Assembly (NCBI GenBank): GCA_965223505.1
Contig: CBDCWP010000039.1
Location: 32,001-96,000, forward strand
Reading direction: 5' to 3'
DNA length: 64,000 nt
Source of the DNA: Planctomycetota bacterium
Lineage (GTDB): Bacteria > Planctomycetota > PLA2 > JAEUHO01
Below the pieces are notes generated by a model that saw nothing but the letters and a program-made list of their open reading frames with translations, searched no databases and had not been told where the DNA came from. Position 1 is the first letter of the stretch. Each line of letters opens with the position of its first letter. The translations under genes were made by a program, and so were the position numbers. Shown in pieces: positions 27,642 through 37,753 of this stretch.

Positions 27642-29065
27642 GCACCGCTTTGCCGACGCCGACGGCACAGCGCGAACGCGTGACGCCGCGAATCTGGGGG
27701 CTCTCGCCGCAGGAGCTGCACGAGCGGTTCTGGGCGTCGCGAGGCGTCCAGGTCGTCCAGCGCGGCTGCGAGTCCTCATTCGTTTCGTCGGCGGAGCTGT
27801 ACCTGCTCGTCGACCCAGATGCGCTGGTCGTCTTCGAGCTCCACGAGCTCGTCGACGTCCTGAGCTGGCTTGCTCCGCGTCTCCTCGTGGTGCGCTTGGC
27901 CGACGGCCATCACGACGGCTATCGCGAAGCCGTCGAGTGCGACGACGAGGGCCGCCTGCTTCGATTCGAGCGTCTCTACGACGGATCGCCCTCCGGGATC
28001 ACTCGCGTCGGGCTCACGTCGGATCGCGCGGTCGCTCGGCTTTGGCAAGAGGCCCCTAGCTCCCGCGACGGTTGGCGCAGCCTGCGCCGCGCCATTCCGA
28101 TCGACGATCGCGAGGCGCGCAGGATGCCCGGCCGTGTCTTCGACGCCCGACAGGACGAGCAGCTGGTCGCTCATCTCGAATGCCTGATGGACACGTGGAC
28201 GTTGCCGAAGGCGACCATCCCGCGTGCGCGTCGACTTCGCGGAATCTGGGCCGACCAGGAGGCCGAAGTCGCGCGCAGCGCTTCCTTCGTGGGACAGGCG
28301 TGGGTCGGCGCCGGTCGACGGGTCGAGCCGGGCGAGATCGTGGTCGGTCCCGCCATCCTTTGGGACGACCCCGAAGCGGGCCCCAACAGCGTTCCGATTC
28401 CGTGGGGGGAGCTGGAACCGCTGCCGCAGCGCGAGGGCCGAGGACGCGCCGCCGTGCCGTTCGTGCGACGTCCCGGGAAGCGCCTGTTCGACATTGCCTT
28501 CTCGCTCGTGGCGCTCGCGCTGACGCTTCCGCTCTACCCGTTCATCGCCCTCGCGATCCTCATCGAGGACGGCTGGCCGATCTTCTTCACGCACCGGCGC
28601 GAGACGGTCGGAGGGCGGCAATTCCCCTGCCTCAAGTTCCGTTCGATGCGCCGGGATGCCGAGAAGATCAAGGCGCAGCTCTCGGTGCAGAACCGCTCCG
28701 ACGGCCCGCAGTTCTACGTGAAGGACGATCCCCGATCGACACGCGTCGGCAAGTTCTTGCGCAAGACGCAGCTCGACGAGCTTCCGCAGTTCATCAACGT
28801 GCTCTTGGGGCACATGGCCGTCGTCGGACCGCGGCCGAGCCCGCGCGCCGAGAACCAGTACTGTCCGAGCTGGCGCGAGCGGCGTCTGAGTGTGCGCCCC
28901 GGTGTCACCGGCCTCTGGCAGGTCAGCCGAACACGGAAGAAGGGCCTCGATTTCCAGGAGTGGATCCGCTACGACCTCGAGTACGTCGAGCGGATGAACC
29001 TCTGGCTCGACCTCAAGATCATCTGGAAGACGATCGGGATCGTGTTCCGGCGCGGCGCGCGCTAG
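27638..29065 (+). CDS. Priming sugar (polyprenyl-phosphate) transferase with long N-terminal extension
   Basis: KRLFDI, LKFRSM, DDPR.TRVGKFLRKTQLDELPQFINVL.G.M..VGPRP, VRPGVTGLWQV. Confidence 0.92.
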   Translation: MSTALPTPTAQRERVTPRIWGLSPQELHERFWASRGVQVVQRGCESSFVSSAELYLLVDPDALVVFELHELVDVLSWLAPRLLVVRLADGHHDGYREAVECDDEGRLLRFERLYDGSPSGITRVGLTSDRAVARLWQEAPSSRDGWRSLRRAIPIDDREARRMPGRVFDARQDEQLVAHLECLMDTWTLPKATIPRARRLRGIWADQEAEVARSASFVGQAWVGAGRRVEPGEIVVGPAILWDDPEAGPNSVPIPWGELEPLPQREGRGRAAVPFVRRPGKRLFDIAFSLVALALTLPLYPFIALAILIEDGWPIFFTHRRETVGGRQFPCLKFRSMRRDAEKIKAQLSVQNRSDGPQFYVKDDPRSTRVGKFLRKTQLDELPQFINVLLGHMAVVGPRPSPRAENQYCPSWRERRLSVRPGVTGLWQVSRTRKKGLDFQEWIRYDLEYVERMNLWLDLKIIWKTIGIVFRRGAR

Positions 29066-29071
29066 ATCCGG

Positions 29072-32000
29072 TCAGGTGCCGAGGCGCTTCAACGCCTCCT
29101 CGGCGCGGCGGGCCTGAGGCGCGTCGGGATGCTCGTCGCGAATGAGGAGATAGACGGCACGCGCTTCCTCGTCGCGCTTCAGCGTCTCCAGAAGGCCCGC
29201 CTTGTCGAGCAGATATCGCGCGCGGCGTCCGCGCAGCTGGTCCGCATCCTCGAGCAGGTTCTTCGCGTCGAGCTCCTCCTGAACCATGGCGAGGGCCCGA
29301 TTCAGATCCGCGAGGGCGTCGTCACCCCGGTTCTCCATCGCTGCCAGAACGGCCGAGCGCGTATGCAGGATCTGCGAGATCGGCGCCGCCTCGTACGCCC
29401 GGTCGATCAGGTCCAGCGCCTCCTGCAGGCGGTCCCGGCGCTCGAGCTTGGTCCACGGGATGTGCTTGGCCATGACCCACGCGGCGTTGTTGAGCGCCGG
29501 GACGTCGCTCTCGCGGACCTCGAGAACCCGGCGATAGTCGTCCAGCGCGCGCTGATAGTCGCCCATCGACTCTCGCGCCTGGCCACGCAGGCGCAACAGC
29601 TGCGCCTGCACGTCCGCCGACACGCCCCGCGGCGGCGCGTTGATGACGGACGTCAGGCGCAGGATGAACTGCGCCTCCCGGCCCTGCAATTCGCGCACAC
29701 GGCCGAGAAGCTGCCACGCGCGCAGATCCCGGTAGCCGCTGCGCAAGAGGAGCTCTACGTAGACCTGGCCGGCGGCGTCGTCTTCGTCCCACCCCTCGAG
29801 GATCTCGCCGCGGATGAGCTCCGCCTGACGGAAGCGGCCGGCATTCCGGTCGGAGATGGGCGCAAGCGCCGCCAGCGCGTCCTTGGGATTCACGTCCTTG
29901 AGCAGGCGGCCCAGGCTGAGCATCGCCGCATCGCTGCCCTGCGACTCCCGTACCAGCGTGCGCGCTTCGGCGATGGCGAACTCGCGTTGCTCCAGCGCGT
30001 GCAGGGCCTCGATGCGCTGCGCGCGCCAGCTCGGCTTCAGGTCCTCGCCGTCGTGCAGCTCCAGCACCGCGTCATGCCGCCCCGCGGCGAGCAAGATCTC
30101 GCCGATGCGCTGCCGGCGCCAGGGCCACTCCGGCCACGCCGCGTGCATGTGTCGCGCGTATGCCTCCGCCTCGTCCCAGTCCTCCGACGCCGTCGCAAGG
30201 CGCAGCTGCAGCTCCGCTTGGACGCGGGTGAGCGACGAGCCGGCCTCGGCCGCCTTGCGGCGCAGGCCGCTCGCGTCGTCGTCGGTCAGCGCCGCAGCGA
30301 GTCGCTCCAACCACCCTCGTGTCGCGTCGTCGCCGGGCACGTCTCGCAACCCGGTCGCGAAGGCGCTCCGCTCGTCCTGCTTCGCGCGAAACGCGCGAAG
30401 GTAGAGATCGGCCGCGCGCTCGGGGCGGTCGTCGTCCATTGTGAGCGCGCGCCCCAACAGCTGGCCGGCCAATCGCAGATGGGCGTTCGCGGAGGCCAGT
30501 GTCGCCGCGTCGACGAGGATGCCGGCGGGGACGTTCTCGTCTTCGTTGAGAACACGCAGGTCTTCTCGAACCACCTCCGCCCACGCCCGTCCGTCGGGGC
30601 TCGTGCCGGGCCGTCCCGACGTCAACGCCGCGCGCAGGACGCGCGCACGCCGCGCCTCTTCGCGGTCGATCTTGGTCGCGTGGTCGAGCAGCGCCAGGGA
30701 CGCGAGGTCGCCGGCGCTACCCAGGAATCGGAGCTGCCGTGTCGCGATCAACAGTCGCACACCGGTGGCTGCATCCGCGAGCGCGGGGATCAGCTCGTCG
30801 GTCGTCTTCTGATCCTCGTTCCGAATCGAGGCCACGACCCGCTCGAGCAGCGCGCCGAATCGCGCATCGGGATTCGCCTTGGCGACGTCGTCGAGGAGCT
30901 TCAGTCCGCGCTCGTGGTCGCCCGCACGGCTGATGCGCTCGTAGGCCTCGCGAACGATCGCCGCGTTGTCCGTATGCTCGAGCGCGAACGTCTCGAAGAA
31001 TTTCATTCCCTCGAGCCTTTCGGCTTCGTCACCGTTGAGCTGCAATCGCGCGCGGAGCAGGGAGAACAACTGCTGCCGGCCCGGCGCGACGGCGTCGATG
31101 ATCTCGAGCGCCTGCTTGCGCCGCTCGTCGGATGCCTTCTCCGTGCCGCTTGCCAGCCCGGCTTCCGCGAACACGCTGATCGCCCTCAGCTGTAGCGGCG
31201 CGGGCGCGTCCGCCATCAAGGGGATGGCCTTGCGCGCGTCGTCGAGCCGACCACGCCGCGCGTGGTGGCGAATCAGGGTCGCCCGGCTCAGGTGCGCCGA
31301 AGGCTCGTCGGCCAGGTAGGCCTCGAGCGTCTTCGCGCCGTCGTCGGCTTCCTCCGCGTCGTCGGACAACATCTGAATCCGGGCCATGAGCGCCGTCGCG
31401 GCGGGAAGCCGCTTTCTCCAGATCTCCGAGCTCTGCAACGCCTTGCGCGCGCGTTCGTGGTTGTTGGCTCGACGTGCGGCCAGATTCTGCCGACCCGGCC
31501 CTTCCGGCAACACACGCTCCAGGTCCCACAGCGTCTCGGCGGCGTACGCGTACGCCTCGGCCTGTGCCGCCTCGTCGTCGAGAAGCGGCGCCAACGCCTC
31601 TGCCGCGCGCACCGATCGGATACGGCTCTCGGGTGAACCGATCGCGCCATAGACCCGCATCAGCATGCTCTGCGCGAACTTCGGGTCCTCGTCGGCGACG
31701 GTGCGCGCCAGACGGATGGCCTTCCCGATCTGGAGGCGCAGCAGCGCCAGCTCGCTCATCGCTTGAAGTCCGAACACCTCGGTCGGCTTCTTCTCGAAGA
31801 AGTATTTCGCGAGCGCTTCCGCTTCGTCCAAGCGGCCGTCGTGGATCGCGATCGCCACCAGCATCCGGCGAGCGCGAATGCTGTCGGGCCGCGCCTGAAG
31901 CAAGTCGCGGAGCTGGGCCTCGGCGGTCTCCAGGTCGCCGCTCTCGATGGACGCCTTCGCCTGGTCCAGCGGGTTGGTCGCCGAACGTGCGACGTCGAGG

Positions 32001-32086
32001 ACGTAGATCACGCCCACGCTGAGCCCGGCGAGAAGCACGATCACGATGATGAGCAGGGTGAGACGACGTCTACGGCGACGGGCCAT
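29072..32086 (-). CDS. Large membrane-anchored TPR-repeat protein
   Basis: Basic N-terminus plus TM; helical A/L/R/E-rich repeats; ALNNAAW; coupled to the exosortase/EpsI pair. Confidence 0.75.
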   Translation of the reverse strand: MARRRRRRLTLLIIVIVLLAGLSVGVIYVLDVARSATNPLDQAKASIESGDLETAEAQLRDLLQARPDSIRARRMLVAIAIHDGRLDEAEALAKYFFEKKPTEVFGLQAMSELALLRLQIGKAIRLARTVADEDPKFAQSMLMRVYGAIGSPESRIRSVRAAEALAPLLDDEAAQAEAYAYAAETLWDLERVLPEGPGRQNLAARRANNHERARKALQSSEIWRKRLPAATALMARIQMLSDDAEEADDGAKTLEAYLADEPSAHLSRATLIRHHARRGRLDDARKAIPLMADAPAPLQLRAISVFAEAGLASGTEKASDERRKQALEIIDAVAPGRQQLFSLLRARLQLNGDEAERLEGMKFFETFALEHTDNAAIVREAYERISRAGDHERGLKLLDDVAKANPDARFGALLERVVASIRNEDQKTTDELIPALADAATGVRLLIATRQLRFLGSAGDLASLALLDHATKIDREEARRARVLRAALTSGRPGTSPDGRAWAEVVREDLRVLNEDENVPAGILVDAATLASANAHLRLAGQLLGRALTMDDDRPERAADLYLRAFRAKQDERSAFATGLRDVPGDDATRGWLERLAAALTDDDASGLRRKAAEAGSSLTRVQAELQLRLATASEDWDEAEAYARHMHAAWPEWPWRRQRIGEILLAAGRHDAVLELHDGEDLKPSWRAQRIEALHALEQREFAIAEARTLVRESQGSDAAMLSLGRLLKDVNPKDALAALAPISDRNAGRFRQAELIRGEILEGWDEDDAAGQVYVELLLRSGYRDLRAWQLLGRVRELQGREAQFILRLTSVINAPPRGVSADVQAQLLRLRGQARESMGDYQRALDDYRRVLEVRESDVPALNNAAWVMAKHIPWTKLERRDRLQEALDLIDRAYEAAPISQILHTRSAVLAAMENRGDDALADLNRALAMVQEELDAKNLLEDADQLRGRRARYLLDKAGLLETLKRDEEARAVYLLIRDEHPDAPQARRAEEALKRLGT

Positions 32087-32765
32087 CGGTTTCTCCCGGA
32101 ATGCAAAGCGTGGAGAGGCTCGGCCACAGGGCTCGAACCAGGGACTCGACGCGTTCCTCGGCATCGTTGCCGTCTTGGAGCATCGGTGCGTAGAGGATTA
32201 CGATTTGTACGGGACGGTCCTTGCGGCCGGCAAGCAGGTCTCGGTAGCGGAGCCAGCGACGCTCGCGCCGCGAGGTGATCACTTCATCGCCGTAGTGGAA
32301 CCAGTAGTAGACCAGCATTCGGCGGCCGGACTTTTGAAACGTCATCCGCCGCACGCGAGCCTTCTCTCGCGTATCCGTCAGACCGTCCCAAATCGGCACG
32401 AGTGCGCTGTCGGTCGTGTTCCAGCCGTGGACGGGGAGGCAGATCGTGGGCTCGTGCAACCACCCCTCGGTTCGCGCGGCCGCGCCGATGTGCATGTGCA
32501 CCAGGCTGCCGTCGCTCGTCCGGTAGTCGATCGCCGCGTAGTAGTCGGCGCCGGAGAGCTCGACCACGTCCGGCGGGATCTCCTTCCGTGTGCCTCGAAA
32601 CAGCGGCTCCTGGGTGAGAACGGGAATCGATTCCAGACGCTTGGTGAGCCAGGCGGCCTCCTTCGGCGAGAGCCGAAGCGAGTCGCGCCATGCCTCCGCT
32701 GCGTAGGTTCCGACGCAACCCAGCACCAGGAGCACGATCGTGAGGAGGCGTACGACGCGGGTCAT
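32070..32765 (-). CDS. epsI: EpsI family protein
   Basis: LSGADYY...Y, LHEPTICLPVHGW, LVYYWF; ATGA overlap with exosortase. Confidence 0.85.
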   Translation of the reverse strand: MTRVVRLLTIVLLVLGCVGTYAAEAWRDSLRLSPKEAAWLTKRLESIPVLTQEPLFRGTRKEIPPDVVELSGADYYAAIDYRTSDGSLVHMHIGAAARTEGWLHEPTICLPVHGWNTTDSALVPIWDGLTDTREKARVRRMTFQKSGRRMLVYYWFHYGDEVITSRRERRWLRYRDLLAGRKDRPVQIVILYAPMLQDGNDAEERVESLVRALWPSLSTLCIPGETDGPSP

Positions 32766-33673
32766 GCGATCTCCTCTCTCCGAAAGAGCGCCCCGATCAA
32801 TCCTGCGAATCCCAAGAGCAAGAGACCCGCGACGGCGAACAGGGCAAACCCTTCGAAGAAGTGGAACGCACCCTTCGCCGTCTCTTGACCCACGTTGACC
32901 GACAGCCAGCCGGTCAGCCAGATGCGGCCGCCGTTGACGAGGACCGCGATCGGCACGGCGGCGAGAACGACGGCGAGTCTCAGACCCCAGTGCCGGTTCC
33001 AAAGGAAGCACGCCAGAATCGCGACGCTTACGAGCGAGATGAGTGATCGGATGCCGCTACACGCCTCGGCGACCCAGAGGCTGTCGGCGCCCGACAGGTG
33101 AATCACGCTGCCTTCGAGGACGCTCGGGACGTCCGTGACGTTCAGGAGCCCGACGGCGAGCTGGGCCGAGATCGACTTGAGCGGGAGGGTGATGCTCTGT
33201 TGAACCGCGCCCGGCAGCGGGCACGCCAAGACGAGCGCGACCAGTGCCGGCAGCAGCACGCCGATGCCGCGCCATCCGAGGAATGCCAGCAGCACCGCGC
33301 CCAGCGCGCCGACGAACGCGAAGGGCGCGAGCGAGGTCATGAAGTCGAGCTGCGCCGTGAACGCGCAGAAGAGGCAGATCAGGAGCACCGGAACCGCCAC
33401 GAAGCTCGTGCCGCCGCGCAAACGCCGCAGCCGCTCCTTGCGGTCCCAGAGCAACCACGCCGCCACCAGCGGCATCAAGAACCCGTGGCTGTATTCCGGG
33501 TCGTGCGCCCATGCGTCGAAGAGTCGAAACAGCGTCGGCGCGAACGCAATCAGGAGAAGTCCCAGGGCGATCACGCCCGTGCGGATCCACGGGGGACGCG
33601 CGGATGCGGCATAATGTATCGACGCATCCCCGGGTGCCCCCGTATGGCGCCGGTCGTCCACTACCTCTTGCAT
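32762..33673 (-). CDS. Exosortase (EpsH-like) with intact Cys-Arg-His triad
   Basis: W.HDPEYSHGFLMP, VAEACSGIRSL, NGGRI, FHFFEG. Confidence 0.93.
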   Translation of the reverse strand: MQEVVDDRRHTGAPGDASIHYAASARPPWIRTGVIALGLLLIAFAPTLFRLFDAWAHDPEYSHGFLMPLVAAWLLWDRKERLRRLRGGTSFVAVPVLLICLFCAFTAQLDFMTSLAPFAFVGALGAVLLAFLGWRGIGVLLPALVALVLACPLPGAVQQSITLPLKSISAQLAVGLLNVTDVPSVLEGSVIHLSGADSLWVAEACSGIRSLISLVSVAILACFLWNRHWGLRLAVVLAAVPIAVLVNGGRIWLTGWLSVNVGQETAKGAFHFFEGFALFAVAGLLLLGFAGLIGALFRREEIA

Positions 33674-33994
33674 CGCGCTGCTCGTTCCCCTTTTGCGCAT
33701 CGATCCGAACGCTAGAGTTTACGTCCTGGGACCGCAGATACGAGCCGCTACGGGCGTCCTCGACGTGAGTCGGGCCGAACCGTCCGCGCCAACGCACCGC
33801 CGATTTCCGCCTACTTTCGACTTCTTGGGCCCGTCACCGAAGCGTCGTGGGCGCCAATTCGGAATTCGCGCGGCCTGTTAGTGTCGCAGTAAGGTGTCGC
33901 ACCTCTTGGGGGTCCCGTCCAGGGCCAGGGGAGTCCGCTCAAGTCCGGGGGGGACGCGCGTCGACAGGAGACGTGGATTCCAGGAGGCCACCCC

Positions 33995-35605
33995 GTGCGA
34001 ATCACTCTCTTCCTCTCGCTGGTGCTGCTCCTCTGCAGCGCGTGCGGGGGCGGCGGCGCCGCGCCCCTCGTTTCCGGCGAACAGGTCGTTCCCCCGCCCG
34101 TCGTCCCGCCGCCGCCGATCGTCGTCCCGCCCGAAGACGGCATGGTCGTCTACGTCTCGAACAGCGAGGGTGACGACGCCAACAGCGGTCTCTCGGCCGA
34201 CGAGCCGGTCCAGAAGCTCGCCACGGCGGTCGCACTTCTGAGGGACGGCAAGCCGGATTGGCTTCTGCTGCGCCGAGGTGACGTCTGGCCCACGGAGTCC
34301 GTGCGTCTGAACAGAGACGGGAAGTCGACGTCCGAGCCGATCGTCGTATCGGACTACGGCCTGCCGACGCTGCCCCGACCGACAGTCAAGGCCGTGTTCC
34401 TCGATGCCGACCACGTCTCTGTCACGGATCTCATCATCAGTGGCGACGGCACCGGCGAGGGCATTTCCTTCAGCTTCCAAGGGAACCACACCGGCGCTCA
34501 CTTCGAGGGCGTGACGATTCAGAAGAAGAAGACCGGGATCGACCTGCGCTGGGTGAGCAACTTCGTCATCTGTCGCTCCGTGATCCGAGACTGTTCCTCC
34601 TTCGGGATGTACACCGACAGTGTGCACTCAGTGGTCGACGGAGCGCTCATCGACGAGTGCGTCTTCGACAACAACGGCACCGGTGACCTGTTGAACCACA
34701 ACGTCTACAAGTCCCGGGGCGGACGCAACTACACGTTCCGCAACACGATCTTCAGCCGTGGCGGGAACTACGGGCTGAAGATCCGCGCGTGGACCGAGAA
34801 CTTGAAGGTCGAGAACTGCCTGTTCGTTCGAAATCGGAACGGCATGGTGGTGCACCTCGACAAGGACGACCGAACGAAGGGCTGGACCAATACGGACGTC
34901 GAGATCACCGACTGCGTGTTCACCGACATGGGTGGCGACGGTCAGATGATCCTCCTCGGCGTCACCCATGCCGTCAACGGCGTCGTGCGCGGGAACGTCC
35001 TCACGAACTCAACGTCCGTCGATTGGGGCTACGGGCTCCATCTCTTGGAGGGGTACTACGCCGATCGGATGCTGAAGGACGTTTCGGTGACCAACAACAC
35101 GGTCTACAACGTCACCGGTCGGACGTTTCGCCTCATTGTCGGCGACACCCCCGTGGCGGACGTCTCGAACCTGAGCGTCGAGCGCAACCTCTTCAAGTCG
35201 ATCGCTCAGCCGCGGAAAGATCCCCTCGTAAACATGGACACGCTGGCCCTGAACGCCTCGACGATCACGGGCAACGCCTACAACTCGCACGTCGCGAGCG
35301 ACGCCTGGTTCCGCGTGGACGGGCAGAGCATGCCGTTCAGTGAATGGCTCGAGACGAGCAGCGAGACGAGCGCGCAGACGACGGACGTGACGTTCGAGGA
35401 CCCGACCCGCTCGATCGCGAGCTACAACGCGAGCCTGGGCGGGGCGGCCACGTTCGAAGCGTTCATCGCCGAAGCACGCAAGCAGTCCAGGGATCAGTGG
35501 CGTCTCGCCTACACCGCGGATGCCGTGAACGACTACATTCGAGCGGGACTTCGCCCGACGTCGGATCTGGGGTCCGTCCAGATCGGCGCCGTTCCTCCGA
35601 AGTAG
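33995..35605 (+). CDS. Lipoprotein with right-handed parallel beta-helix (pectin-lyase-like fold)
   Basis: RBS AGGAGG; lipobox-like LLCSAC, Pro linker, YVSNSEGDDANSG, Asn-rich beta repeats (FDNNG..HNVY). Confidence 0.75.
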   Translation: MRITLFLSLVLLLCSACGGGGAAPLVSGEQVVPPPVVPPPPIVVPPEDGMVVYVSNSEGDDANSGLSADEPVQKLATAVALLRDGKPDWLLLRRGDVWPTESVRLNRDGKSTSEPIVVSDYGLPTLPRPTVKAVFLDADHVSVTDLIISGDGTGEGISFSFQGNHTGAHFEGVTIQKKKTGIDLRWVSNFVICRSVIRDCSSFGMYTDSVHSVVDGALIDECVFDNNGTGDLLNHNVYKSRGGRNYTFRNTIFSRGGNYGLKIRAWTENLKVENCLFVRNRNGMVVHLDKDDRTKGWTNTDVEITDCVFTDMGGDGQMILLGVTHAVNGVVRGNVLTNSTSVDWGYGLHLLEGYYADRMLKDVSVTNNTVYNVTGRTFRLIVGDTPVADVSNLSVERNLFKSIAQPRKDPLVNMDTLALNASTITGNAYNSHVASDAWFRVDGQSMPFSEWLETSSETSAQTTDVTFEDPTRSIASYNASLGGAATFEAFIAEARKQSRDQWRLAYTADAVNDYIRAGLRPTSDLGSVQIGAVPPK

Positions 35606-35617
35606 CGTGAGCTCGGC

Positions 35618-36568
35618 TCAGGCTTTGGCCTGGTAGCCGCGGTCCGAGCGGCTCTCTGCCGCTGCGCGACGCCCGCGGACCAGCGAGCGCAGGACGAGGC
35701 GTGCGCGCGTGAACCGATCCCCGCCGCCGCCCGGCACTTGCCGAAGAGACCTGAGGACGTCGCGCCCGAGCGCCGGCCGGCCCTGATTCACGAGTCGCTC
35801 CGCGAGAACCAATCCGTACCGTCGCATCATCCAGTCGTTCTCAGGCGGCACGTGCTCGCGATGGCTCGACCAGTACTCGAATGCGACCTTGAACAGGTCG
35901 TGGTACCAGGTGACCTCGTAGCGCTGATTGATCAATCGGTCGCCCGAATGACGTACGTAGTTCGAGAGCGCGCCCGGCACGTGCACCCACCGGCGCGCGG
36001 ACAGACAGAAGCGAAAGACGAAGTCCATCTCCTGTTTGCGGCGAATGAGAGGGTCGAACCACAGGCCCGCGTGCAGCACTCGTGTCCGATAGAGCGGCGC
36101 GGCGGTCGAGACCGGATAGAGCCGCGAAACGTGACGGAAGACGTCGACGTCGTTGCTCACGACCTCGCGCTTGGGCGGGTCGACCGACTCGTCGATGTTG
36201 GCGTAGTCGCAGACGGCGATGTCCGCGTCGGCCGCCTCCATGGCGGCGACCTGACGCGAAAATTTTTCGGGCTCGAGATAGTCGTCGCTGTCGAGGACCT
36301 GCAGGTAGGCCCCCTTGGAGGCCGAGATCGCCGCATTTCGCGCCGCCTGCGCGCCCGCATTCTCCTGCCGGATCACCCGCACGCGCTCGCGGCCGTGACG
36401 CTCCTCGTAGCGCCGAAGAAGTGCCGGCGTCTCGTCGGTCGATCCGTCGTCGCAGACGATCACCTCCACGTCTGGGTGGTCCTGCGCGAGAGCGCTGTCC
36501 AACGTGCGGGGGAGGCGATCCGCCCTGTTGAACGCGGGCACCACGACGCTGACGAGCGGGGCGCTCAT
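35618..36568 (-). CDS. Glycosyltransferase family 2
   Basis: VSVVVPAFN, DDGSTD, ARN, LDSDD. Confidence 0.9.
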   Translation of the reverse strand: MSAPLVSVVVPAFNRADRLPRTLDSALAQDHPDVEVIVCDDGSTDETPALLRRYEERHGRERVRVIRQENAGAQAARNAAISASKGAYLQVLDSDDYLEPEKFSRQVAAMEAADADIAVCDYANIDESVDPPKREVVSNDVDVFRHVSRLYPVSTAAPLYRTRVLHAGLWFDPLIRRKQEMDFVFRFCLSARRWVHVPGALSNYVRHSGDRLINQRYEVTWYHDLFKVAFEYWSSHREHVPPENDWMMRRYGLVLAERLVNQGRPALGRDVLRSLRQVPGGGGDRFTRARLVLRSLVRGRRAAAESRSDRGYQAKA

Positions 36569-36735
36569 GCGTATCGTGCTCCTTCGATGATCCCGTGGCG
36601 AATGCCTGTCGCCCGAGCTTGCGCCCTCGTCGCTGCAATATATGTCGCACTTCCCATTACGTTCTGGATTGCAGGATAGCAGGGTTCATAGGACTCTTCG
36701 GCCCGCAGAGAGCCGTCCTGGACTGCATGCAGGCC

Positions 36736-37614
36736 TCAATTCGTCGTTTCTTGCCCGATCGGCAATCGCGCCCTGACGTACATGTCCGTGATGTACTTGC
36801 GGCTCCGGCGGCGCTTACCAATCAGCTTTGGCAGCTGGGATTTCTTCCACGGCAGCAGGCACTTTACGATCTCCTTCGTCCATCGCGACAGGCTTCGCTT
36901 GAACGGAAAGGCGCGGAACTTCCGGACCGCGACGATCTCGAAGCCTTGCCGGCGCAGGAGGTCGCACACGATCTCTTCGGAAGCGAAGCTCAGGTGATCG
37001 GGGAGGTAGAGTGGCCTCGGGTGTTCGCCTGCGGCGAGGTTCGCCGTGTCACCGGTCTGTAGAAGAAGCTCTCCGCCGGGTTTCAGCAGTCGTTTGCAGA
37101 GTCGAATGAACTCCGGTGGATTCGGCAGGTGTGAGTACACGTTGAGCATCGAGACCACGTCGTACTGCTCGCTGTGCTCTGCCAGGTCGAAGTAGGTCAC
37201 GTCTTGGCCGTGACTTCGGGCCGACTCCTGCTTCTTGATGTTCGGCTCTATGCCGCATGCTGAGATTTGGTGGTTGCTGATCTGGTCCAATGCGACCAAG
37301 AACTCGCCGTGTCCACACCCGATGTCCAGCCAAGTGCGCTTCTTATGGCCTAGCTCTGCTCCGAAGAGTTCCCTAAGTTTGGCCACGTACGAAGGGATCT
37401 TGTCGTCGACGAAGACGCCGGTCACATCCAGCTCGGTGTCACCTTGATGAACGCCGCACTCGTGGGCCTGCGCCAATGCCTCGTCGCTCGGACGTGGCGT
37501 CATGTAGAGAAGCCCGCATCCGGCGCACTTGACGAGCATGAACCCGTTTTCCTCTGTGTAGGGCGCTCGCTCCGATGAACTGCAGTTGTAGCAGCTGACC
37601 TCGACGCTGGTCAT
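36736..37614 (-). CDS. Class I SAM-dependent methyltransferase with N-terminal CxxC..CxxC
   Basis: CYNC..CAGC, LDIGCGHG, YDVVSM..V.SHL, LLKPGG. Confidence 0.85.
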   Translation of the reverse strand: MTSVEVSCYNCSSSERAPYTEENGFMLVKCAGCGLLYMTPRPSDEALAQAHECGVHQGDTELDVTGVFVDDKIPSYVAKLRELFGAELGHKKRTWLDIGCGHGEFLVALDQISNHQISACGIEPNIKKQESARSHGQDVTYFDLAEHSEQYDVVSMLNVYSHLPNPPEFIRLCKRLLKPGGELLLQTGDTANLAAGEHPRPLYLPDHLSFASEEIVCDLLRRQGFEIVAVRKFRAFPFKRSLSRWTKEIVKCLLPWKKSQLPKLIGKRRRSRKYITDMYVRARLPIGQETTN

Positions 37615-37753
37615 CGCTCCCGTTCCTCCTCTCCTCTGAATCTGGACGCATGCCTGGCCAAGCGGCGCATTCTAGGGGCATCTCGATCGCCTGCCGTAGG
37701 TCCATTGGGTCGAGCGCGGGCGGGGAGCCCGCGATGTCCACCGGTGGGGCCGC

